This document shows, piece by piece, positions 12,801-22,802 of a DNA stretch of 64,000 bases (within the stretch, counting starts at the first letter, position 1; every line of letters starts with the position of its first letter). Origin of the DNA: Anthoceros angustus (taxonomy: Eukaryota > Plantae > Anthocerotophyta); assembly GCA_010909165.1 (NCBI GenBank), contig VJWM01000219.1, positions 186,001 through 250,000 on the forward strand, written 5' to 3'. The position numbers were made by a program, and so were the translations under genes. The notes beneath the pieces are model-generated. The model did no database searches. It saw only the letters and a program-made list of their open reading frames with translations, and was not told where the DNA came from.

Positions 12801-14623
12801 AGTTGTCACCAAGGTGGTCCACCTTGGTGAGCATGTTCCAAATGGACGATGATCTTCGCCACCGCCGCACCCTCCGCCTAGGAGGTCCGACATCGCCCAT
12901 CCGCTTGGAGGATCGCCGCGTTCCTCAAGAGGGCCGCTATGGCGCGGCCCACCTTCCCTTTCACCTTGAGGGCTCGGAACCAATCCCCTACTTCTCCACC
13001 GGACGGTTGTAGACCGCCCTCAGGACCTCCACGGTCCACCTCCTGGGGTCCTCCCTGAGGTTCTTGGAGCGGACCTCCTTGTTGGCCGCCGCCAACATCT
13101 TCCGGGCGTACTCCCGGACTAGGGTGACGCTTTTGAAGGTCCAGACAGCCTGGAAAATATCCAGGTGCCAGTCTTCCACCAGCTCCTCCGCCTCCGCCAA
13201 CCAAGGTCCGAAGTCCAGGTATCGCTTGGTGACGATATTCCTTTCCACCAGGCGCCAGGGCTCCCACACTTCCGCCGCCTTCTTGGGCCCCATTGCCGCG
13301 CTCCTCTTGCTCCGCTGTTGGGGGTTGAGGCTCAACAATCCTCTTCCTTACAGCCATTTGGCCGCTAGCTCCTTCTCACTTGGGGCTCGGAGGTGGTGAG
13401 GGGTCCGGAGTTGGCCCTCTTGCCTCTCCCGGTTGGGGACAGACAGGCTCGGGGTGGGGTTGCCGCCAGTGTCCTCCGCTCCTGGCGCATCCCTCTCTAC
13501 TCTCCAGCCTCCTCCCTTCCTGCCCTCCGTTGGCGGGGCAAAGGACGATGCGGTCTGGCGCTGCGTTGGCGGGGGCCGTCTTCCGCCTCTTCGCTTCCCA
13601 CCTAGTCCGTGGGTTGACTAGAGTGTGTCTGATGCCTTGGCGTCGCCGCCTCCCTTCCGCCTCCTCCTGTGAGGTGCTCCGGCCAAGGGACTAAGAGAAG
13701 GCGGGATGTCTTCCCACACTTCCACAGGTGGCGAGGTCCCGTTCCAAAGCGTATGGAGTCAATCCTCCCAATCGTCCTCCTCCCGACACTTGGTCCCGGC
13801 GGCACGCCTCCTGCGTTCTTCCTTCACGCTCTGCTTGGGCGAGTCCTTGATCCCCAGGCTTCTTCTTCTTCCTCCTTGAGGTTCATGCCCCACATGGATA
13901 ATAAGCAGTGCCAACGCCCGACGGGGTGGCTTCTCACTCCTTAACTGGCCTCTGGTTGATCCTGGCAAAGATAATTCTTCCCCAGTCGGCCCGCTTCCCC
14001 CTCTGCAGGGCGTGGAGGAACACCAGCAAGTTGTCACCAAGGTGGTCCACCTTGGTGAGCATGTTCCAGTGGACGATGATCTTCGCCACTGCTCGCACCC
14101 TCCTGTCTAGGAGGTCCGACATCAGCCATCCGTTGGAGGATCGCTGCGTTCCCGGTCTCAAGAGGGCCGCTCTGGCCGCGTCCACCTTCCCTTTCACCTT
14201 CAGGGGCTCTGGAACCACTCCCCCTACTTCCTCCGCTGGACGGTTGTAGACCGCCCTCAGGACCTCCACGGTCCACCTCCTGGGGTCCTCCCGGAGGTTC
14301 TTGGAGCGGACCTCCTTGTTGCCCGCCGCCAACATCTTCCGGGCATACTCCCGGACTAGGGTGGCTTTGAAGGTCGCAGGAAAATATCCAGTGCCGGTCT
14401 TCCACAGCTCCTCGCCTCCGCCAACCAAGGTCCGGTCAGTCCGGCAGTGGCGATATTCCTTTCCACGAGCGCCGGGGCTCCCACACTTCCGCCGCCTTCT
14501 TGGGCCCCATTGCGCTCCTCTTGCTCCATTGGGGTTGAGGCTCAACAATCCTCTGTCATCCGCTTGCGTGGTCGCTCCAACCACGAGGATGAGCCGCGCA
14601 GGTGCTTGGCGCTGAAGAGACAA
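6748..14623 (-). pseudogene. Env-like/accessory ORF of the Athila-like element, fragmented and internally duplicated
   Basis: Overlapping minus-strand ORFs assemble into an N-terminal globular domain (12988-14623), a charged low-complexity region, a coiled coil (MDIAELEKELEEA..LQEVSEAALAASRESARLQLA; copies at about 7370-7850 and 8460-8920) and a C-terminal PDPEVRT repeat. There are many frameshifts. Confidence 0.65.
7020..7190 (-). repeat. ~33-bp imperfect coding repeat (PDPEVRTPELR-like)
   Basis: Recurrent GAGTCCGGACCTC/GGGGTCCGG. The translation in ORF 6748-7851 reads PDPEVRTPELR PDPEVRTPKIR PDSEVRTLESR. Confidence 0.8.
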
Positions 14624-15046
14624 CGCCAGAGCCGGTGTCTAAGCGCGAGAGACTGTGAAAACCGTCGCAAGGTCGCTTGGAAGAATGACCTTCGCTCGGG
14701 CATGCGTCGAGAATGCTTGCGCAGTAGCAGGGTGTCTCTTCGCTGCCGTGTTGTCGAGGCCTGCATGGCTTACTCTAGCCTTACGGCAGCATTAGCTCTA
14801 GCCTGCAGTACCGCCAACACTTACTCTGGCCTTACGCCGGGCCACAGCCTGGCGTGAATACACCCATAACGGCAACCCCTCGGCCCCGGTCCGCATGCCA
14901 TCCACCACTCAGCACCGTCCGCGTGGCCCCTCCTGCCAAAATACGCTTCCCTCTCCCAAGTTACTTTTTGGCGTACTTATCACGACTTACTCCGGAGAGT
15001 AGTCCGGACTTACCACGGTGCACTCCGGAGTGTGGTCTGCATCTAC

Positions 15047-15181
15047 TCCGGAGTGTCGTCCGTAGCCGCTCCGGACTGCGGTCCGTAGCCGCTCCGGAGT
15101 GCGGTCCGTAGCCGCTCCGGAGTGCGGTCCGTAGCCGCTCCGGAGTGCGGTCCGTAGCCGCTCCGGAGTGCGGTCCGTAGC
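15047..15181. repeat. 23-bp tandem array (about 6 copies)
   Basis: CCGGAGTGCGGTCCGTAGCCGCT starts at about 15047, 15071, 15094, 15117, 15140 and 15163, with degenerate CTCCGGAG units flanking. Confidence 0.95.
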
Positions 15182-15314
15182 CCCTCTGCCTACTCCGAAG
15201 TGCAGTCCGGAGTACTCCGACCTTATTTCTCCCTTTCCGCCTTATTTTCTACCCCACACCTACGAAAAAGACAAAACCTAGCTCATTTCCTACCCAAGGG
15301 AAGAGTCCGTAGCC

Positions 15315-15860
15315 CACACCGGACCACTCGGTGACGCCGCGCGGACCACTCGGTGACGCGCGGACGTGACCACTCGATCGGGCCGCGCGGGCCGAGCCAC
15401 TCGATCGGGCCGCGGGCCACTGATCGGGCGCCCGGCGCGGGCCAGACCCCACTCAGTCGGGCGCGCGCGGGCCAGGCCACTGTCGGGCGCGCGGGCCAGC
15501 CACTCGATCGGGCCGCGGGCGGGCCACTGATCGGGCGCCGCGCGGGCGACCACTCGGTCGGGCGCGCGGGCAGGCCACTCGGTGACGCGCGCGGGCAGGC
15601 CACTCGGTCGACGCCGCGCGGGCGGGCCACTGACCGACGCCGCGGGCCAGCCACTGGTGAGCCGCGCAGCGGGCCACTCGGTCGGGCGCGCGGGCCAGCC
15701 ACCGGCGCGCGCGGGCGGGCCACTCGGTGACGCGCGCGGGCGGCCACTGTTCGGGCGCCGCGCGGGCCAGCCCCCCGAGCGCCACGGGCCAGCCCCTGAC
15801 CGACGCCGCCGGGCAGACCACTCGGTGACGCCGCGGGCAGACCACTCGGTCGGACACGCT
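15315..15860. repeat. Very GC-rich ~24-bp degenerate tandem array (roughly 20 units)
   Basis: Repeated CCACTCGGTCGGGCGCGCGGG / CCACTCGGTGACGCGCGCGG / CCACTGATCGGGCGCC units. Confidence 0.9.
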
Positions 15861-16788
15861 CGGGGCCCGGCCTCGAGCAGGCCAGGGTCTAGGGATTGCA
15901 CACTAAGTACAATCTGGCCAAAAATGGCCTTATTGGCTAACTCCGCCCTATCTCTGCTAAGAAGTAACAACCCAAAAAAAACAAATCCAGCCCAAAACAA
16001 GCCGCCGTGGTCATGAACACAGGATTGGCACTCCACAGCTGGCGAACCCGGATCCGGAGCGTCGAAAGGTGATAGTTGTGGTCACCACTAGCGGGTGAGC
16101 AAGTCCCTTGTGCCTAAGTAGAAATGATCGCAGATAGACCCCTTGATGGCCAGCATGTGGCAGCGGATGGTGGAGTCGACAGTTGGGGCGGCGTAGAGCC
16201 TAGAACAGCTCCAGCCCTTCTGAGCTCATTAGCACAACCAAGAAATTGTAGGTGAAGGGGGATACGGCGCTGGTAGCCGGAAGCTCGGAAGGTCCTCGTT
16301 GAAGCACAAGTCGTTCGCCAGGTAGAGCAAGGGTATCATGCACGCTATGGCGTTGAAAACCCGTGCATTCACGGTGCCGGGAACTTGTAGCGACGGTGCC
16401 GCTGACAAAGAAAGGGCTCCAACGGGTCACCGACCACAGCCCCGCACCTAGAGGAACTGCGACTCGCCCACCTGGCCACACACACTCCCGCCTGCCAGTG
16501 CCTCCAGCTACGTTGCTGGGAGAGGCAACGCGAGCTTCACGTCCTCTACAGTGGGATCTTGATTTTCATCCAGTTTGCAAGCCACCCGGGCCTGCTTGGC
16601 TGCAGCCATAGTGCTATGTCTGGTGTCCTCTAATTAGGATAAAAGCTATAACCGAATTGCAAAAAAAAAAACTCTACGCTTTTCCATGGCCAAAATTTTA
16701 TTTGACTCCTTGTGACGATGTTTCCAATTGGAGCAATTTTGTAGTAGAAAGATACAAGACCTATATGTCTCTGTGTGTCGATATTTGG

Positions 16789-16900
16789 GATTGGAGAAAG
16801 ATGAACATTTTACCTCCTATCCGTAATCAGGGCAAGTGCAGCATATGCTTCCTCTTTGCAACCTTAACTATTGTTGGTGCTGCAATCGCTATTATATATA
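16789..16900 (+). pseudogene. Fragment of a papain-family (C1A) cysteine protease mature N-terminus
   Basis: Translation DWRKMNILPPIRNQGKCSICFLFATLTIVGAAIAI matches the C1A pattern DWR..P(I/V)(K/R)NQG.CGSCWAF, with the oxyanion Gln and catalytic Cys positions kept. No His/Asn half was found nearby. Confidence 0.55.
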
Positions 16901-18679
16901 TGGTACTGGTCCATTAGAACTTTCAATGAAAGATTACATCGACTTTTAACATCTTAGGACCTCCAACTTTATTAAACAAGACTTTGGAGATACAGCTAGT
17001 TAGAAACAATTAGAAACTCTCAACAAGGAGCTAGTGAGAAGACATAATCCATGCACACATGGTGGATTTGCACAGATGTAATAAAGTATGTAAAGGAACA
17101 TGAAGTAGTTTTGGGAAAACATTGTTGTCCATGTCACCACATGTTTTTCATGCTGTTCATCAAACTCCCTTTGAGCATCTTCCAAGCTGCCACACTCCAT
17201 CGCAATGGGTGTCAGTAAGATCCTCCCACTCACGCAATGCATTACCATATAAGATTGATTTCAAGTATTTCAAGGACTTGAGAAACCCTTAACTCTAAAC
17301 CCATATATCGCTGATTTCAAGTACTTCAAGGACTTGAGGAACCCCAAACCCTAAACCTTGAGACGCCATTGGTGACATGACACCTATTCCAATGGTATGG
17401 ACAATTTTTCCCAAAACTACTTTGTATTTTTCACATATTTCATTACATCTATGAAATGTCCATCATGTTTGCAAGAATGAGGTGTTCCCACTTGCTGATC
17501 AAAGAGCTTGTTGTTGATAGTTGGTGATTGTTTGTGACTAGCTATCAAGTTGCCAACTCTCAATGTAATCTTGCACTAAAGGTCGATTGGAAGAGTTCTA
17601 TATTTAGAAGTCATGAGAGCACCAAAGGCGTTTAAGATTGCAAAAAGGAAGCATGTGCTGCAGTCGCTTTGGTTACAAATAAAAGGTAATTGTTTCTCTT
17701 CTCTCCAATCCCAAACGTCGTCGAGCCATGTCCCAATAGGATAAATATAGTCTTCGAGGTTTTCGGACTCTGTAAAAGTTCTCCAATCGGAAAAATCATA
17801 TAAAAATTATAAGGGGTCCTCTCCCCATGAGAAGGAGTATTCTTGTCATGGATATATTCCATATATAGATATATATAGGTGTCAAAGCTCACATGGACCA
17901 CAATGTTACATGGACCTCAACGTTACAATATGCTGCGCCATGTAATAGCGCAACTTTAGATAAGGAGCAATTACATAAAGAGCTTAGTTGCTCTTTAATT
18001 GTTAACCTTGGAGTTCTCCTTATGACATCCTCTACTAGATAGGGTCTCCAGCCCCATCGTCTCTCTTCCCTCAAGAAAGAAGGTTTGTCCTAATATGTAT
18101 GTCTGGAAGCACCAAAGATATAACAAATAACAAATAACACTTTATATAATCCCATCTACCCAGTAGGTGAGTAAGTCCATCTACCCAGTAGGTGAGTAAG
18201 TGACATATAGACAAGATATGAGATGTGCTATGATGGCACAACTATGGACTATACTCAAAACTTTAAATTTTATCTTCCTCATGGCAGATTTTTTAATCCA
18301 AATATAAAGAAGATAGTATAGAAGGTAGAAGCTAGTACGATGCAACATGCATAATACTCAACACCTCAACACATTATGTCTCAATAGAAGGCTGCTATAG
18401 AGGATTATGTCCTCTAATTAAAATAAAATTTTGAACTAAATTTCAAAAACAAATTGATACCGCTTTCCATGGATGAAATTTGGCTCTTCTAACTTTGGAG
18501 TTCAAAAAAAACTTTTTATAGTCCACTAAGAAGCTGCGTCCTTATTTGTTGTTTCTTTGGAGAAAAATGATAATTATGGGACTGAAATAAAAAATGATAT
18601 ATATCAAAACAAAAAAAATATCTACATAAGAACACCTCTTTCTTGCGAGGCAAGCACACACACGGTTAAAAACAAGAAC

Positions 18680-19140
18680 ACAATACCATACACCAGCAAT
18701 GGGCCTCCGAAGAGCCTCCTATCCTCCCAATCAGGACTTGTAGACAACACATATCTTGCTGCTCTTTACTATTACAAGAGTACAAGAGAGATAATGTTGA
18801 CCATCTAAAGCTCCCATACTTAGCTCTCTCCCATGGATCTCCTTCGCAAAGCTCTCTCTAAGGACATACACTCTAGGTTCCCCCAGCCTCTAGGAAAAAG
18901 CTCTTATCTAAGCACACACACTCTAGTCTCCCCCAACCTCTGGACAGTGCCACCCCAATCCTTCCCAGCAAGAGTTTGGCATAAGTGCTACGGAAGGTTA
19001 ATCTCATCCTTTATGTAGGAGGATCATTTAATGCTTAAGTAACTCATATGTTGCTAACTTAGATCCCAGAGTTGATTCATAGACATACACGGTTTGAACA
19101 AATTTCCGTCCAAGTGGACTAAAATAGACTTCTTTTCTTC
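18680..19140 (+). mobile_element. 5'-truncated LINE 3' fragment with a TTC-type tail
   Basis: Ends GTGGACTAAAATAGACTTCTTTTCTTC (about 19113-19140), similar to the family tail at 52093-52149 and about 55100-55128. Upstream sequence is degenerate and coding-like; the 5' boundary is approximate. Confidence 0.45.
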
Positions 19141-19491
19141 ACCTTTTCTTCTTCATACTCGATGGCCGTTAGGGCCAAGAATACTTCGAAGGATGGGATT
19201 AACATCCACCGTCATTTTGAACATTTGGAACACTCGGACGGGACATCCACCACATGTTACATCACCATGCCCCATGGCCAACCGCGCGTGAATGCTTGTT
19301 GCTGACCGTGCGGTCCCGTTTCCCCTACTGATTAGTGCGAGTCCTCACGCGTACCAAACGCGTATCTATGCATATACGTCTAATGTAGGAAACGGAGGGG
19401 TAGCGACAGCACTAGGCAATCACGAGATTGATCCTTTCTTATCCCTCTCCGCCAACTCTTCGTGTGGCCGTGAACGATCTCTCCTTGCCGC

Positions 19492-19498
19492 TATTTAA
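19492..19498 (+). promoter_or_regulatory. TATA-like box of the RbcS promoter
   Basis: TATTTAA about 110 bp upstream of the RbcS ATG, followed by a pyrimidine-rich leader. Confidence 0.5.
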
Positions 19499-19603
19499 GC
19501 CAGGGCGGGCCGCCCTTCAGTTCAGTCCGTCCTCTCGCGCCCCTTGCCCTCTCTTCACCGGGAGCAGGCTTTCCGCTTCTCCGGTACCATCCAAACTGCA
19601 GCC

Positions 19604-20351
19604 ATGGCTTCGGTGGTCGCTTCCTCCGCCGTCGTGGCACCAGCTGCATTTGCGGCCGCTTCCCCTAGCGGTTCCGTCTCTGAGGTCTCCAGCGTGAGGG
19701 CCTTCGTCGGCCTCAAGTCCGGCGCTGTCTTCTCCGGGAGGACCGCCGACCTCAGCTCCAGGACCGTCAGCAACGGGAGCCGCGTGAATTGCATGCAGGT
19801 GCGTGCCGGCATTGCCCTGCTGCTTCGAATGTTTGGTGTGGATCGGAAGATTGTAATGTGCGCTCTGGTGGCTTACGGACGGTTCCCTCTGCGCAGGTGT
19901 GGAACCCGATCGGCAACCCTAAGTTCGAGACCCTCTCGTACTTGCCCCCGCTCACCTCCGACCAAATTGCCAAGGAAATCGACTACATGTTGGAGAAGAA
20001 ATGGATTCCCTGCCTCGAGTTCGACCCGGTATGCAGACACGGGGTTCGAGTTCGCATTATGTCGTTGTGCTGTTCTCCGCGAGTCTTTAGCTGTCTGACA
20101 TGCCGTTTGACGTGTCTGGTTTGCAGAGCGGTGCACTCGGCGTGATGCAAGGTCAGCCCGGGTACTACGACGGCCGGTATTGGACAATGTGGAAGCTTCC
20201 CATGTTCGGCTGCACCGACTCTGCATCCGTGTTGAGGGAAATTGAGAACTGCAAGCAGGCGTACCCCGGCTGCTACGTCCGCGTCCTGGGTTTCGACAAT
20301 CAGAGGCAGGTCCAGTGCGTCTCCTTCATCGTCCACAAGCCTGGACAGTAG
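19604..20351 (+). CDS. RBCS: Rubisco small subunit precursor, 3 exons (19604-19798, 19897-20028, 20127-20351), 183 aa
   Basis: Transit peptide [19 protein letters not shown]; mature [30 protein letters not shown]|[45 protein letters not shown] introns sit at the conserved plant positions and the exon lengths are multiples of 3. Confidence 0.98.
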
Positions 20352-21283
20352 ATCCTTCACATTGTCTCAGATCCGGGCGCCCCATGTATGGGAATGGTGT
20401 AAGTAGTCCGTTAGGACAGCAGGGTTCGCTGTCTCATTATCTGGCTCTCCAGAAATTAAAACAGTTATTCTTTGACTGTCGGCTGCTGCCACTGTGCTGT
20501 AGGAAACTACTTTGGTTTTTGCAGGATGTATGTATGCCTCGTCCTAAGTGCTTCCAAGTTGCATGCTGGAGTTGCAGCATGAAGCGAGCAGGAAATGCCA
20601 CCAATTGGGGAAAACATCGTGGCAGAAGTCTTGATGCGAGTTTAGTCAACATAGAGCAAGTGTCTGAGACAGACTTATTGTCATTTGCAACTGCTGACTG
20701 GAGAAGTTTGTTGTTGGACAGTGTTGGAAATATTATAAACCAGTGAAAATGGGGAATGTGTAAGTAGAGTGTGTGCGACAAAGAACCACATATCACTAAT
20801 GTGAGAACAATTGATCAGAAACCCATTGTCTTCAGTACTGTCCAATCTCGAAACCTAGTGTCGTCCCATCTTGATCAGAGGTAGGATAGGAAAGAATGTC
20901 TCGTCTCAAGAGCTGCAAGTTGGATCAAGGGTGTGATGGGGAACCCCTCGAAAAGTATAGGTGGAAAGGATAGTGTAGGAATCCCTCGATGGTTGGGATG
21001 AGAGTCCACGGTGAAGGCTGAGTGCTGGTAGAAAATGTATGCGAACGAAAACCTCTCAGACCTTGTACCAGAGGGCTGACAATGAAAGTGCGGTTTGAAT
21101 CTGAAGGTTTTTCGGGGTTTCCGTTGGGAGTGTTCGCTCTTAACGCTTCATATACCCACCATATGAGGTGTAAGTCATTCGATGGTATTGTATTTTTAGG
21201 ACGGACGGGTAGGCAGCGGTCGACAATGTCGGGTCGCCGAGCCGTGGCAGTCGCTTCATCTTGATCGCCGCAGAGGCTGAGCC

Positions 21284-22744
21284 ATGACCGATGGCGCAAC
21301 GCCCGGTTCGGGCGGGGCCGTAGCATCTGCTGTTCCCTCCGGCAGGAAAGAGCAGGCGCATGCGCAGACGGAGGAGGCTCAAAAATCCGGTCAGGCTGTG
21401 CCCCGCTCTGTCCGTTCCAGCAGGGAAACCCGCAGTCGGCAGAAGGAGGACTCGTCGGTCACAACATCGGCAGCGAAGTGGTACAAGCGGAGGCTGGGCT
21501 CTGGCGGGGCTGAGGCGGAAACGGAGAAGAAGATCGTCGCGGAGAGCAGGGAAGTGGCTCCTCCAGGTCGTCCAGCCAAGAAGAAGAATGTCGGAAAGGC
21601 TCACGTCCAGAAGAAGACCGTGCACATCAATTCCGGCCCCACTCTTGCTGGCCACCTCCCGGCTTTGGTCTTTCTGGTGCTCTCAGCTGCGGGGCTGGTG
21701 GTTTGGTGGAGAAGCATGACGAGGCTGGAGCCTGCGTACAGTGACCAGCGGGTTGATATGCTGGAGGTGTCCGTGAAGAGGACGTCGGACTGGATGCAGG
21801 AGCAGCTCAAGCACATGGACGGCAAGATAGGCAAGCAGGTGCAGGCGTTGAAGGAGGAGTTGGAGGATAGGTTGGATAGCGAGGTTAGGTCTGGCAGGAA
21901 GGAGCGTGACATGATGTTAGCAAGGCTAGATGACATACAGGCCTCGGTCCGGGTAGTGCAGCAGCAGATTGAGAGTAGCCAGCTTGCGCAAGCGCAGGCG
22001 GAGGCTGAGGCTGAGGCAGGGGGCCTTACCGAGGAGGAGACGTACGGGTATGTGAAGTCCCTGTTTGATGAGTGGGTGGCTGTCCGGGACGAGCAAGGCA
22101 TCAGCATGGAGGAAGTGCATGCAGCTGCCAGGCATATTGTGGAAGAGGAGGTGGAGAAGTACGCGGCGGACGGTATTGGCAGGGTGGACTACGCGGTGGA
22201 GAGTGGAGGGGGGAGGGTGGTGGACCATTCCGAGGGCTTTTTCCATCACAGGAGCAGGTGGACTCTGTTAGTTCTAAGCTTTCTTCCGGGCTCGCATCAT
22301 AGGCATCCGCTGGCAGAAAGGGTTTTGCAGCCCAGCTTCGGTGAGCCAGGTCATTGCCTTCCCCTACGAGGAAGCAATGTTTATGTGGACATATCTTTGA
22401 GGATGGCCATCCAAGCCGAGGCTGTGACCTTGGAACATGTCTCGAAGCTGGTTGCCTTCGATCTCTCCAGTGCTCCCCAAGATTTCCAGATTTTCGGATG
22501 GCATGCAAATGTAACCCAAGCACATCGGGCGGCGGTTGTTCAAATGCAGAAGCCCTTGGGCATGTTCAAGTATGATTTGGAGGGCCCAAGGATTCAGACG
22601 TTCAACTTGTCAGACTCGTCAGGGCAGCCGATTAATATGGTGCGACTGCATGTCTTGTCTAATTACGGGAGCCAGACTCATACATGCCTCTACCGGTTTC
22701 GAGTACATGGCTCTCCTCTCTCCTCTGTAACAAACTCTCCTTAG
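21284..22744 (+). CDS. SUN1: C-terminal SUN-domain inner nuclear envelope protein (SUN1/2 type), single exon, 486 aa
   Basis: Basic N-terminus, TM segment (LPALVFLVLSAAGLVVWW), coiled coil, then a SUN domain (GRVDYAVESGGGRVV..PSFGEPGHCLPL..TLEHVSK..SSAPQDF..SNYGSQTHTCLYRFRVHG). Confidence 0.95.
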   Translation: MTDGATPGSGGAVASAVPSGRKEQAHAQTEEAQKSGQAVPRSVRSSRETRSRQKEDSSVTTSAAKWYKRRLGSGGAEAETEKKIVAESREVAPPGRPAKKKNVGKAHVQKKTVHINSGPTLAGHLPALVFLVLSAAGLVVWWRSMTRLEPAYSDQRVDMLEVSVKRTSDWMQEQLKHMDGKIGKQVQALKEELEDRLDSEVRSGRKERDMMLARLDDIQASVRVVQQQIESSQLAQAQAEAEAEAGGLTEEETYGYVKSLFDEWVAVRDEQGISMEEVHAAARHIVEEEVEKYAADGIGRVDYAVESGGGRVVDHSEGFFHHRSRWTLLVLSFLPGSHHRHPLAERVLQPSFGEPGHCLPLRGSNVYVDISLRMAIQAEAVTLEHVSKLVAFDLSSAPQDFQIFGWHANVTQAHRAAVVQMQKPLGMFKYDLEGPRIQTFNLSDSSGQPINMVRLHVLSNYGSQTHTCLYRFRVHGSPLSSVTNSP

Positions 22745-22802
22745 TGACCCTCTCTTCGTAGGTTCTTTTGGTTCACCACCACAGTGGACTTCGACTATGT
22801 AC

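Larger units (their letters stand above)
3205..15880 (-). mobile_element. Athila-like Ty3/Gypsy LTR-retrotransposon remnant (LTR-like region plus env-like ORF; no gag-pol seen)
   Basis: The left end (TG at 3205; GTTCGTTCCACAGGGAAT near 3300) resembles a reversed Athila LTR end. The minus-strand ORF has motifs LVERNIVTKRYLDF, TLVREYARKM and FLHALQRGKRADWGRIIFARI, like the Athila env-like/Transposase_32 domain, followed by a coiled coil. CCACTCGGTCGG/CCACTCGATCGG arrays upstream resemble Athila internal repeats. Boundaries are uncertain and no second LTR or TSD was found. Confidence 0.6.

Noticed and set aside
9381-13400. Long plus-strand ORFs (e.g. 9381-10721, 446 aa; 12170-13012) antisense to the env-like ORF
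   Set aside because: These are expected shadow ORFs in GC-rich coding repeats. They have no motif and their frames are not conserved between duplicated blocks.
14970-15880. GC-rich arrays as an rDNA intergenic spacer
   Set aside because: No 18S, 5.8S, 25S or 5S sequence is present in the window, and the arrays adjoin a retroelement-type ORF.
15283-16036. Arg/Pro/Ala-rich ORFs across the GC array
   Set aside because: They arise from stop-poor tandem repeats that are open in most frames.
16010-16560. Possible LTR ending CTCTACA followed by a degenerate PBS (GTGGGATC)
   Set aside because: The PBS match is only 7/8 and short, and no partner LTR, TSD or coding domain was found.
17290-17360. AAACCCTAAACC as interstitial telomeric repeat
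   Set aside because: Only 1-2 imperfect units within a local 56-bp duplication. The same applies to ACCCTAATCTAACCC at about 4084 and 5461.
20315-20746. 143-aa ORF overlapping the RbcS end as a possible C-terminal extension (a C-terminally extended hornwort RbcS has been reported, from memory)
   Set aside because: It is in a different frame, starts at GTG and has no recognisable composition. RbcS ends cleanly at HKPGQ*, and the only cryptic splice that bypasses the stop would delete the last beta-strand.
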